From: Eledone cirrhosa
Lineage: Eukaryota
DNA: 64,000 nucleotides
Reading direction: 5' to 3'
NCBI GenBank assembly: GCA_964016885.1
Contig: OZ024741.1
Location: forward strand, 389,794,001-389,858,000
The notes beneath the pieces are model-generated. The model did no database searches. It was not told the origin of the DNA and was given only the letters and a program-made list of their open reading frames with translations. Both the position numbers and the translations under genes were made by a program. Positions 25,610 through 37,964 of this stretch are shown one piece after another; positions within the stretch are counted from its first letter, which is position 1; each line of letters opens with the position of its first letter.

Positions 25610-27404
25610 TCTATATATATAAAACTGAGGATGTCTGTCTGTGTGTGTGTGTGTCTGTGAGTTTGAATCCCTAAAACTCGAGAAGTACCCAACCGATTTT
25701 TTTCAAACTTTACATGTGTATTATTTATGTTTCAGGGAGTGTTATGCACAGAAAAAAATTCAACTTTTTGATCCCTAGGGCCCGCATTAGGTGAAAAACT
25801 GCGTTTTTCAGCTTTTTAGGCTTTTTTTTAGGTGTTACATCAGACCGATTTCCTTGAAATTGTAACTATGTATTAGTCAGTCTCTTCTTCATACCGTGAG
25901 CAAAGAAAATCCAACTTTTTTATGGCCTAGGGCTTGCATTAGGTGAAAAACTTCAGCTTTTTAGGGCTTTTCAGGCGTTACGTCTCGCTGATTTTCCCGA
26001 AATTTCAAGGCATATTATGCACATAAAAAAGATTCATTTTCTTGATTCTCTAGGGCCCGCATTAGGTGAAAACCTGCATTTTTTTCTGCTTCATTGAGGA
26101 AAATCTTAACCCTTTAGTGTTCAAACTGGCCGAAATCGCCCGAAAACACCCACACTAAAAAATCGTTCTAAAAATAAACAAACCATCATCAAAATCTCGT
26201 CAATTCGAGATTACTGCGAGATTAGGCTCTTACCGCGAAAATTAACACTTAATATAATGGAACAACTTAAAACAACAAGTGTTTTTTTAACTTTGACAGT
26301 GCAACAAATTTTTTTTGTATCAACATGGCTTATGAAAGTAGCGATACCGACTTTGAAGGTTTTACACACGACGACATTCAGAATAAACAAAAAACAAACG
26401 ATAATATTAGTGATTTATCTTCAAATGAATCTGATGTTTATATTTCTGAAATTTCATCCGACTGTGATTGTTTTGAAAGTGAAAACGAAGGAGACTCCAG
26501 GACGCCATTGAAAATATTACAGCAACGTGGTTGAAAAGTACCACACCAATATATGTTCCCAATTTTATTCAAAATACTGGTCCACAACACATTAGCTCCC
26601 GATGCTAAAGCACTGGATTATTTCTTTTTGTTTTTACCACAAACTTTCTTCGAAGTTGTGGCATAAGAGATTAATCGATATGCCCAACAACAGATTTAAA
26701 ATCAAGGAAAACCCGATCTGTTTGGCAACTGACAGATACTGCGGAAATGCAAACATTTTTTACCGTAAATATTATGTTGGGTATAAAACAATTTCCAAGA
26801 CTGTGGAATTACTGGAACACTAATATAAGGTTTAGTGATTCTTATATATCAAGTATTATGCCGAAAACAACGTATTTAAAATTAAACCAGTATTTGCACC
26901 TGGTTCATACTTCAAATTCCCCTATTAATTAATTAATTTCCCCTGCCCATAAAAGTCAAATTTTACAAAAAAAATCAGGTAAAATTATATAATTGTAAAT
27001 TATTGATATTTAAACATCTACTGACAAAATTTCAAGCCTGCACATAGAAAATTAAGAAAATTACAAACAAATAAAATTGATAACCCTCTTGAGTATGATT
27101 AACTCAAAATAATTATTTCTACTTTTGGCACAAGGCCAGCAATTACCCAGTACATTACTGGTACTTTATTTTATCGACCCTGAAAGGATGAAAGGCAAAG
27201 TTAACCTCGGCGATGATTAACTCAAAATAATGCGAACAGATAAGCATGACGTTTGAAAATTAATGCGAATGCCAAAGGGTTAAAGATTATCCAGCCATTA
27301 GAGTATTCGGTTTATTTTCTTTACATATTGTCCAGGCATGCAGTTTTTCTACGGCTCGCGTTCCAAAATACCTTATCCCGTGCAACGCTGGGTACCATTG
27401 CTAG
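25610..27404 (+). mobile_element. Non-autonomous Helitron-type element hosting a piggyBac insertion
   Basis: 5' TCTATATATATAAA followed by a (TCTG)/(TG) microsatellite. 3' hairpin cccgtgcaacgctggg then CTAG-t at 27401-27405. No TSD. Confidence 0.75.
26110..27279 (+). mobile_element. Internally deleted piggyBac (PGBD4-like) transposon
   Basis: TTAA TSDs (26106-26109, 27280-27283) and TIRs CCCTTTAGTGTTC / GAATGCCAAAGGG. Transposase remnants: acidic N-terminus MAYESSDTDFEGF, ALDYFFLFLPQTFFEVVA*EINRYAQQ, MQTFFTVNIMLGIKQFPRLWNYWNT...YLHL. Confidence 0.92.
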
Positions 27405-27477
27405 TATATATATACATGTGTGTGTGTGTATGTGTATATATAGGTATCTATATTATATACCTATATATGCACATACA

Positions 27478-28284
27478 CGGACCGATTCGCCGAACACCTT
27501 AGGGACATACGACTAGGTAAAGACATGCCTGTCACTCATCACATCCTTTCCCCCAACCACTTTACTCAACACCTCACTGTCACAGGCCTCCTTTTATACC
27601 ATGGATCTGCAGCCACTCGCACAAGGACCGAGCAGAACTTAATTTTCTGCCTTGGAACCTCTTTTCCATTTGGACTCAATTCCGCCACTGTTCCTTTAAC
27701 CTCCCTTTACCCTTGCTCTCACACACAAATATACGCACATATATATACACACACACACAACTCCAGCCACCACATAATACACACCCCATTTACAACATCC
27801 ATATATATATACCACTCTACACACATCTACTTCTGCACACACCTAACCATCAACCCTACACATTCGGATGTGTGTACAAGTATGTGTGCTTGATTCTCTT
27901 ACGTGCTCATCTGATTTCACATGGCACCTAGTTTGCAGCAGTGGCGTCATCAGTGGTAAATGTTTCCTAACATTTACTCCATCCCTACCACCTCCCGGAT
28001 CCATCCACGCACATAATGACCTCACACCTTGCAGCTTAGCCGTTTACGGTTATACCACTGTATCGTTGTATGCAAAGTTACGTAACTTCTCTTACAGCCA
28101 TACCAGGTTATGAAATATACCAGCCACTACATTGTTCACTACTCTCTCGGCTGCTGCTATGTGTGTGTTTCTATAATGTATATGATAATTCATATACATT
28201 CCTATACACCACTTTACATTGGTCAGCAGCTAGCTTGTCACGCTTCAAGCATATGAACACACCTTCACATGTACACACACGCAT

Positions 28285-28348
<64 letters not shown>

Positions 28349-28670
28349 CAGCACATACACACATGCTTACTATACATTAGTTATCTTCTTTTGTAAACCT
28401 CTTACACCGAAGATACCATTCACCAACCACTCTTCAAAATGGCCGACTACGTACGCACATGTGTTTTTTTCTCCCCAATTTTTTTTCTCATTTTCCCTGT
28501 TCCTTCCTCTCATCACTCTTTACTTTCTATTTATCTTCTATTTCTAACTCTACATTCTGATAAAGGACTAGTGTCCGTAACATTAAAACTCTCTTCCTGC
28601 TATTTCAAGCGTTAATCTAATATATTTCTTCCATCTACTGTGCCATTTGTTTTGTTATTTCTGTTTACCT
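27478..28670 (+). mobile_element. Penelope-like element 3' remnant (GIY-YIG C-terminus, 3' region, hammerhead motif)
   Basis: Frame from 27483: RFAEHLRDIRLGKDMPVTHHILSPNHFTQHLTVTGLLLYHGSAATRTRTEQNLIFCLGTSFPFGLN, fitting the PLE GIY-YIG pattern R..EH...PV..H....H...EQ..I..LGT..P.GLN. (CA)n tract. Degenerate HHR at 28557. Confidence 0.85.
28557..28584 (+). ncRNA. Degenerate PLE-type minimal hammerhead ribozyme
   Basis: CTGATAA-A-GGAC-tagt-GTCC-GTAAC-ATTA versus consensus CTGANGA-stem II-GAAAC-GTTA. Two core substitutions. Confidence 0.6.
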
Positions 28671-29149
28671 TTTACATATATATATATACGTACATCCAGC
28701 CCATACTGTAAAGTGATCGTGTAGGTGTCATAACAAAAAGCACCCAGCACACACTGTAAATGTAGTTGGTGTTAGGAAGGGCGTCCAGCCGTAAAAAAAC
28801 AGCCAGAAACTCTCCTATATGAGCGAGACACGGTCACCCGACCCAACTTGCCTCTAATTGGGATAAACCCATCCAACTCATGCTAGCATGGAAGATAGAC
28901 GTTAATCGATGATGATACACATATATATCTGTGTGTGTGTATATATATATATATATTAACCTTGCTGCGTTTCACACATTTCTTTTGTAAGCAAATGATT
29001 GATTTTAAATCAGTGATATAATTTATGGAGAAAAACTCTGCATTTCAATATTACTCAATGTAAAATATAATGCATGAAAAATTGGAAAACATTATTTTTT
29101 GTAATATATCAAATGAAAATTACATTATTAAATCTTATTCTTATATTGT

Positions 29150-30190
29150 TTCTTGTAAATAATTTTTTTCAAAATACCAATTCAAGACTTTTGTGAATAG
29201 GCATCATATCTCGTCATTTACCTATGGTTTAAATTTCATATAAATCGAAAGGAAAACATTTTCAGCAGGGGTTTGTGCCACCGGAGAACCCTAATAGGGG
29301 ATTTAACCGCCATTAGGGTGTCTTAATATTATTGAAATTTGCTGAAATCTTGTGAATAGGCATCATATCTTGTCATTTACCTATGTTTTAAATTTCATAT
29401 AAATCGAAGGGAAAAAACTTTTCAGCGGGGGTTTTGTGCCCCCGGGGCACTTTTTGATTAAAATTAAATATACTTATCCAAGTACCCTGGGCAATGTAGT
29501 TTAAGAATATATATGGTTATGGGGGTCTATCTCCAAAACCATAGGAGTTTGTGAAATCTTGTTCCATTTACTGGCCAAAATTTTCACTATAGGGGGTTTA
29601 ACCCCTATTTAGGGTGTCTTAGTATTATTGAATATAGGAATAGGCATCATATCTTGTTTTTTACCTATGGTTTAAATTTCATTGAAACCGAAAGGAAACA
29701 TTTTTCAGCAGGTGTTTGTGACTCTGGGGAACCCTAATAGGAGGTTTAAGCCCCATTAGGGTGTATTATTGAAATTTTGCTTTCCAGCATAGTTACGTCC
29801 CTTTACGGTCTGAGTTCAAATCCCGCCGAGGTTAACTTTGCCTTTCATCCTTACGAGGTCGATAAAATAAAGTACCAGTAATGTACTGGGTAATTGCTGG
29901 CCTTGTGCCAAAAGTAGAAACAATTATTGAAATTTGCTGAAATTTTGTGAATAAGCATCATATCTTGTCATTTACCTATGCTTTAAATTTCATATAAATC
30001 GAAGGGAAAAACTTTTCAGCAGGGGTTTTGTGCTCCCGGGAAACCCTTTGATTAAAATGAAATATACTTATCCAAGTACCCTGGGTAATGTAGTTATGAA
30101 TATATATGGTTATGGGGGTTTATCTCCAAAACCATAGGAGGAGTTTGTGAACAAACAAACAGACAGGAATACAACTTTATCTATATAGAT
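29150..30190 (-). mobile_element. Non-autonomous Helitron-like element with 4 internal ~150-bp repeats and a SINE insertion
   Basis: Minus-strand start atctatatagataaagttgtattcctgtctgtttgtttg. Repeated gaataggcatcatatcttgtcatttacctatg...aaatcgaa unit. Confidence 0.6.
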
Positions 30191-30799
30191 ATATATATAC
30201 CGACGGCTGAGAGAAAGGAGAACTCAATACTGAAGTAGAGTTTTACTATTCATTTTATTAAGGACTTACTAGAGTCTTGTTACTCTGAAGCTTTGCCTGT
30301 TTATTACATACTTTCATAATGATAAAGTCTTATTAGTGGAATTTGCTGTATAGAAGCTATCCAAGTGCAAAGGCTTGTTGTGTGTGTAGTGATTTGATAA
30401 ATAGAGATCAATAAGATAAGCATAAAACTGAATTAAATAGAGGGATTGATACAATCAAGTTAACCCTTTAAGGCTGTACCCTAGTGTAGCAGCTGTCTGA
30501 AAACATTTAGAATCAATGCATTGTGGTGAAATTGGCTTGACAGAAGCTGTGCAGAAGTCCTTCATATTTATAGACACTCATACATAACATACATACACAC
30601 ATATATATGTAGATACAGAGGTAAATATTTCTCATAGCAAGAATTTGTTCTTCTCACTCAACATAATTACATGATTAATATGGTGTGCTAAATAAATATA
30701 TACATATATACCAGGACCTAACACAATGGAACCAAACTCCCACTATCACTGCCTCTATCTCTTGTGTTCTCCCCATCTCTCACTATTATGAGCAAATGG

Positions 30800-30990
30800 T
30801 GGCCCACGCACTGGCCGCTCTGCAGACTTGGCAGACAGAATCGAGAAAGCGTTTCCCCTGAGGATGGTGAGGGAGACATGGTGGAAGAGTCATGCCAGCT
30901 CGCTAGGCTCACACCTGCGGGTAGCCAACTCTCTGTCAATGGTAGTGAGTAGGGAGGTGGTCCTAGGGCCAAGTACACCAGAAGTCTCTA
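30800..30990 (-). mobile_element. CRE-like REL C-terminal fragment
   Basis: VETSGVLGPRTTSLLTTIDRELATRRCEPSELA*LFHHVSLTILRGNAFSIL. 5' break at a (TA) run. Confidence 0.7.
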
Positions 30991-31699
30991 CATATATATT
31001 ATATTATGTTAGAATGTATTTGTTTGAACAAAGAAAACCACAAAGTAGAATAAAGAACACAGTACTAGTTTATAATCTAGGAGAATATTATAAATTTATA
31101 TATAAAAAAAAAAGGGTAAAGACCCCACTTTGGTCACAAATTACCATGGGATTTTCACCTTCAAACTTACCCTCTGAGGCACAAGTCTGGGCAAGGTTGT
31201 ATGTGGAAGACCAGCAGTCGCCCATGCATATCAGTCTCCTTTCTCCATGTCACTGATGTTGTCCAAGGGAAAGGCAAAGTGTGATACAGCTAAGTAACAG
31301 GAAAACAATTATGGTTGCTTTATCTAGTGTACCTATTGAGATAGAAATACCTAAAAGGGCATACATTTGCTGTACGTTTAATTCTTGGCAATTTTCAGAG
31401 GCCTGTAGATGGAAAAATATACAAGATACACTTGATTTGATAAGATACTTGAACTCCACAGGAAAAGTTAGCCCCAAACACATGATTTCAAAGTTATGCT
31501 TACCTTATTAGAGGAGAAATGGCTGTCTCAAGTTGGTCCGAGAGGCTCGTTCGGAAAAAAATCTATAATTAATTAATATTATGAAGGCCTACAATTTCAA
31601 AACTATCAAAGATATTGACCTAATACTTGATATTTTCACATCCTATAGGTACAGGAGCTAGTATGAATTTTTTCAGAGGGATCTGAGGGGGGTAACCTG

Positions 31700-32930
31700 G
31701 GAAATTTTACTGAAACTGGGTGATTTGATATGGAATAACCCATAGTAGAGCTGACAGTATGCCCCCTTGGTGGAGTCTGACTCCTATATTGAATGGTTTC
31801 AATTTAGCACCATTTATCCGAACACAAGTTCTTGGGCATTTGTATCGAGACAACTGGGCAGTAAGAAGCTGACCACCAATCCCATACTCCTGCACAGCTT
31901 TCCACAGCAGGTCCTCTCTGAAGAGATGAGAACCCTAGACGGTATTCTTGATAACAGATATAGAGGAGGGCTCCTTATTACGAAGTTGGCAGATGGTCTG
32001 CCAGAATATTTTATTTGCTGATCTGAAGTCAGATTCCGTCTTAACCCCAAAGTCCTCCCATATCTTAACTTTGGACGCTTTTACTGTCTCTGCTACAATT
32101 CTTTGTGCCTGCTCATTCTACAAGTGCAAGAAGAAGGTCTTATTTCTAAGCCAAGCTTTGTAAGCCTCCTCCTTTTGCTCAGATGGCATCTTTGACCTCT
32201 TGATTAAACCAAGGGGTTCTCCTGCCACTAAGCGTCACACCAAGCTTCTTTCGATCGCAGCATTTAACATCTGAAGCAGAAACTGCTGTGCTGAACAATC
32301 TCTACTCTGTCTCAACGTTCTCAGTTTGCTCAGGGAGTTCTGAATTTGGATGCAATAGTATCTGCATATCTTGCCCTGATTTCCATATCCACCAAAGTTT
32401 CCCACTTTATCCTGTAGGTCGCCCTGGACCTGCCAGTTTTGTGGGCTTCTTTGGTTTTCGGTTGTCTTAAATTGTAGATAACTAGATGGTGATCAGTTGA
32501 CAGCTCAGCTCCTCTCTTAACACAAACATCCAATATAGAATCAAAGTGATCAGAGACAATAACAAAATCAATTATTGATCTCTGTCCCTGGTTCCCCTTT
32601 TACCATTTATATTTATGGATGTCTCTATGCTGGAAGAAGGTGTTCATAACAGAGTCCATTGTTAGAACAGAAGTGTAGTATTTAGATTGGGATCACCATT
32701 CCTTCCAATCACTCCTTTCCATGTCAGATCATCAGTGCCAACATGTGCATTGAAGTCTCCCATCAAGATATATAACTCAGTCTTAACTACATCTAACACT
32801 GCAGTGACTTCATCAAGGAAGGACCTGTATTTGGACTCCTTGTTTAGTGCATAAACTTGCACCACCGACAGAGACCTATCTTCCAGCCTAAGCTTCAAGA
32901 GGCAATCCTTTCTTCTCTGAGACATTAAAA
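31700..32930 (-). mobile_element. Rex3/Expander-like RTE LINE remnant (APE endonuclease plus RT pieces)
   Basis: VVQVYA...ILMGDFNAHVG...WKGVIGRNG, GAELSTDHHLV, VRING...PFNIGVRLHQG. Other pieces at ~4285-4720(-), 11120-11500(+), 33390-33720(+) and 57480-57990(-). Confidence 0.85.
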
Positions 32931-34789
32931 GTACTAATTATTGATAATGTCTAGGAAGGCAGTAACTTTGAATAAGAGCTGACTCAAATTGTGACCTATC
33001 TAACACATGCCATCATTGAAAGTGGTTATAAAAAGATGATGGTGGTGGTTTCTAACTGGTTATCCTTATTTCCCTCTCCTTCCCTCCATTTTTGTCTTCA
33101 TCATGTTTTATATTTTTGAGGCTGCATTCATCATCGTTTTTACATCTGGTTTTTCATGCTTGCCTGGTTTGGATAGGTCCTTTTCAGCACAGCATCTTTC
33201 ATCTTTCATCATGTTCCTTTGTCATCTCTTCTGTGAGTCTCAACAATTTGAGAACAGCTGTCACCACCTCTGCCCAGGTCTTCCATGGTCTTCCTTTACT
33301 GCAGCTTCCTTCCATTTCAATCATCATCCATGTGCATCGCATGTCTGTACCAATGCAGTTTTCTCTCTTGCATATCACTTATATGCAAGAATTGCTGGAG
33401 CTGGTGAAATAATGCCCCAGCTTCAGCACTCAGTCATCAGAAGAAGAAAGGTAGGTGTAAAAGCCAAACTTGCTATCTTCAATTCAGTGTTCATATCTGT
33501 AGTCATGAAACTTGGATAATAACCAAATGAATACAATTGTGAATACAAAATGGTGTTTCTCTGAAGGGTTTTTCAAGTAGTGTTACTTGAAAGGGTGCAT
33601 AGCTCTGGGATGGGTTCACTCCAGGTAGAGCTGCTACTTTTCTACATTGAGAGATCACTGCATTGGTACTCTTCCTTTTGCAATACTCTCTAGAATAAGT
33701 GGACAAAGTAGAAAAAATATTAATGCGTGTGAAGATCGTAGAGCCATGCAGATTTAAAACACTAAAAGACTGGTTGGATGATGCATGCATTTTTAGTAAG
33801 ATGCTGTATAACACTGAAGAATTGAGTAATGGTGGTAGATATCTAGAAAAATGAGAGCAATGAAAGTATACATGATAATTCTAAAGTATTTATAAAGTCT
33901 ACCAATTAATGTTAGCCAATGGATGAATGGTGATTTTGATTTGACTGCTTTCTTAATAAACTAGTTTGTATGAAGACTTGTGTGTGTGCCTGTGCTGACT
34001 GTAATGTGTTCATAGGCATGTATACATGATGATATAAACATACATAGTTTTAGAATATTGACAGATCAGTAAAATTGTTATAATTATCACTGTTTTCCTA
34101 GCTTTGAAAAACCTAATATTGATGACTTCTGTTATGAAATGATTTATTTTGTTGAAAAGTTCAAAATATCAAAATAGTTTTGTTAAAACATTATTGGGAT
34201 ACTACAATAAATATTAATCTAGTTCTCTTCATGGGACACTTAAATTAATGGTTTTGATTAGATATTGACTAATAATCTTGTTTGCTTTCTGTATGATCAG
34301 TCTTTTAATGTGATTTATTCATTTGCTTGGTTATAATGTCCATCATAGTTTTTTTTCATCATTTTCCAAAGTAAATGAAGTGTAACCAATATGTTGATTT
34401 TCTCAGCATATTTTCTGCTGAATATTTTTACAGGAAAACGTTGAGCTGTCTGTGAAAATATCAATATAGCACTATCAAGATTTTCCAAAACCTTTGGTGC
34501 TGCAATTAATGGTTTCTCATTTAGGCAAAAAGCCAACAATTTTTGGGGAAGGGGAAAGTTGGTTAAATCAACCTCAGTGCATTACTGATACTCAAAATGT
34601 AAAGGGCCGTAACTATATGCTGCAAAGCATGTTGTCTGATGCTCTACCAATTCTGTCAATCCACCACTCTTGGTGGCACAATTAATGCAAACTGTTTGCA
34701 TGCTTGCATCATTTGTATTACAGTGGGCAACATTTTAGCAAACTCATCATTATCATTGTGACCCCAGTTGAACATACCAGACAAAGCCT

Positions 34790-34985
34790 CTCCACAATTC
34801 ATGATTTTCCATTGCTCCTGGTGACTGCTCCCTACTGAGGTTTGTATTGTCTGAGAGTTGATTGGTGAAGGTTCAAGTAGGTCTTCTTCTACTGTGTCTC
34901 CCGTGAGATGGTTCCCACAACAGTAGCTTGTATATAACTTCCTGCTTACTTCTCCAGCAATGTCCTGCAAATTGTAACCAGCTTT
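34790..34985 (-). mobile_element. LINE (RTE-related) ORF C-terminal fragment
   Basis: A frame not listed in the track reads AGHCWRSKQEVIYKLLLWEPSHGRHSRRRPT*TF, a typical LINE ORF2 end. Confidence 0.7.
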
Positions 34986-37049
34986 GAATTATTGTAGTTG
35001 TTATCTGGGTAAATTTCCATATAAACTAATACATCATTATGATTTGTATTGTAGTGGACAGAATTTTAGCAAACTAATACATAATTATGCTAACTATATT
35101 GATGTTATGGTTCAGCATTACTGTTATATAGAGATTAATTCCACTGAAACTACTTCTAAAAACCTTATACTTTTCTTCTTTTTCATTCTATTCACCTTTT
35201 TCTTCCCTCTAACAGAAAAACAGTATAGTTGCTCTTCTTCCGACTCTTCTTCTTCTTCTCCTTATCTTCCCCATCCTCCTCTTTCTCTTCCACTTCCTCC
35301 TCCTCTTTTCTCCTCCTCTTCTCCCCTCCTCGTCCTCTTTGACCTCCGCTTCCTCATCCTCTTTTTCCTCCTCCTCTTCCTCTTTCTCCTCCTCCTCACT
35401 CACTCACTGTTGCCACCATTGCTTGCAACACTACTGATATAACAGTTCGTTTTTGTATGCTTGTTTTTGTATGCTTAAAGTATTTTGATCTTGTACCATC
35501 TCATTTGTGTTGCTAAACCTTAGTGAATCCAGTTGAATTAGTCAAACCTTCTTTGATCTCTTTCACTATTATCTCGTGGCATTTACTTCCACCCACCACA
35601 AATCATCCATTAACTATTAACATGCTTATCTCTTTGGCATTTGTAAACTTTTTTTCAAAACACTACTGTCTTCACAATTCACACAAACCTAACCGATCTC
35701 TTATTTTAACTTTTTTTCTTACTAAGATTTGGGGGTTTTCTTGCTTAGCACCTGTAAGAAATGTCCTTACATTTTGTATGTTGGTAACCCACTGTGGTTT
35801 GAATCATCCTGAATACTTTTACCTTCATTTAATGTGTCAATGGTAAATAAAACCACTAAGTAGTGGCACTGCCATGATAAAATGCACCCAATACAGACAG
35901 GGAAGGGATTTGGCATAGAAATGATGCCAGAATGGAGTGTATAAGTGAGACACAGTCATCTGACTAGAACGTGACAAATCGATGATGATGGTGGTGACAA
36001 CATTTCTTGTTCAATATATTCACATACAGGAAAACAGCAATTTTAGAGTAAGATGGGGGTGTTCTATTAGTCATTTCCATTATGAAACACATTAACAATA
36101 GAAAGGATACTGCATGGCTGCTTCACAATCATGATGTTCAAGATTCAATCCCACTGTGGGGTGGCATCTTGGACAAATGTCTTTTACCATAACTTTGAAA
36201 ATTATAGGCAGTATTATTTTTTATTAGAAATATGATAACGAAAGGGTTAAAACCAACAGTTTTGTATTGTAGAATTAGGAGTGATTTCAGGCAGATTGGT
36301 ATAAAAAAGTTAAATCAACCAAGCATAGGCAAGAGTTACAACTCAAAGCAACCCCAAATTTTTTTAATCAGTTGATTTTTGAAAGTCTCAGTCAATTACT
36401 ATTGGAAATAAACAGTGCAGTAAGAGTAAGACAGTAAAAAATTGGGACATGTTGCCTTATAAGACCTCATCAGCAAGTTTTGATGGAGAGAAAGGAATAT
36501 GTGTATGTGTGTGTTTATATATATATATAAATAAACATTGTTGTCTCTGATCAAGATGAAGTGAAAGTGTATTTGAATTGATATAAAAATAAGAAAAAAA
36601 CAAATTGCTAGAACAACCATTAAAACAGCCAAATGCTGTCAATGACAGTGACAAGTGTCCATGGGGTAGGTGACAGGCAGATGAAATATAGAAAAGATTG
36701 AAAAAGGAGGAGGACAAGGAGAAGTGTGTTGGTACAGAAGTGATCATTTTGTTGGTTTGAGAGCTGATGAGAGTAAAGATATGTGTCTGTGAACTTGTCT
36801 TGTACATCACCTTTCTTTATTTCCTTCTTCCAGTCACTTCTGTGTGCCAACACACTTCTCCTTATTCTCTTCCCCTTTCAATCTTTTCTGTATTTCATCT
36901 GCTTGTCACCCACCTTGGGGATTGTCTCTTTGTCAACCACTGGCCACTGGTCTCTGAGGCATTTTTGCCCATTGCTGTCTTTGACAGCATTTGACTTTTA
37001 ACTGCTGTTCTAGTGATGAGTTCTCACATTTTTATATGAATATATATAC

Positions 37050-37845
37050 ATCATCATCACCATTTAAAGTCTATTTATTCATGCTTGCATGGGTTAGACG
37101 GGTCATCTACATTATGAGACAAGTCTGGCCAGTTGACTGTGCCGTACTTTGCTCAAACGGAACTGTATTTTGGCTGGGATTTTTACAGCTGAATGCCCTT
37201 CCAAAAACCAACCACGTTTACAATAGAACTGGGTGGTCTAGCCTAATGGGTATGCCGTATCTTGAACATATTGGGACTGTGTATTGGCTGGGTTTTTATG
37301 GCTGCTCAATGCCCTTCCTAACACCTACCACATTTACAATGTGGAACTGGATGGCGACATTATGGGGAGGGTCTGGCCAATTGGCCAAGCTGTTCCCTTC
37401 TCACAGCAGAACAGTATTTTGGGATATAGATGGATCCATTATGAGGGAGGTCTGGCCAGTTGGCCGCGTCATGCTTTCATCATAGTGGGCCCATGTTTGG
37501 GCTGGGTTTTTCCGGCTACTGGATGCCTTTCCTAGTGTCAACCACAATAACAGTGTTAATCTGGGTTGCACCATTGTGAGATAAGTCTGGCCAGTTGGCC
37601 ACATCATACCTTGCTCAAACAGGACTCTATTTTGGCTTGGATTTTTACAGCTGGATGCCCTTCCTAACACCAACCATGTTATAAGGAGGGTCTAGCCAGT
37701 TGGCTGCATCATGACTTGTTCATAGTGGAGCCATATTACTGGGTGGTCCTGTTACGAGACAAGTCGTACCTTACACAAATCAGAACTGTGTGTTGGCTGG
37801 GGTTTTTACGACTACTGGAAGTTTTCCTCACACCTACCACGTTTT
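37050..37845 (-). mobile_element. Reiterated RTE 3'-end fragments
   Basis: (CAT) tail at ~37050 and several repeats of the gctggatgcccttcctaacaccaacca 3' UTR motif. Confidence 0.75.
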
Positions 37846-37964
37846 ATATATATAAATATATTCAAAAGTAAGATTTTTTTATATCCCACACAGTCAAAAA
37901 TATAGGGAAAAGAATCTGAATATATATATATATATAAAGAGAGAGAGGGAGGGAGAGAAAAAAG

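Noticed and set aside
34984-35442. 152-aa Ser/Pro/Leu-rich ORF and its E/R-rich antisense ORF
   Set aside because: Low-complexity (CTT/CCT)n tract.
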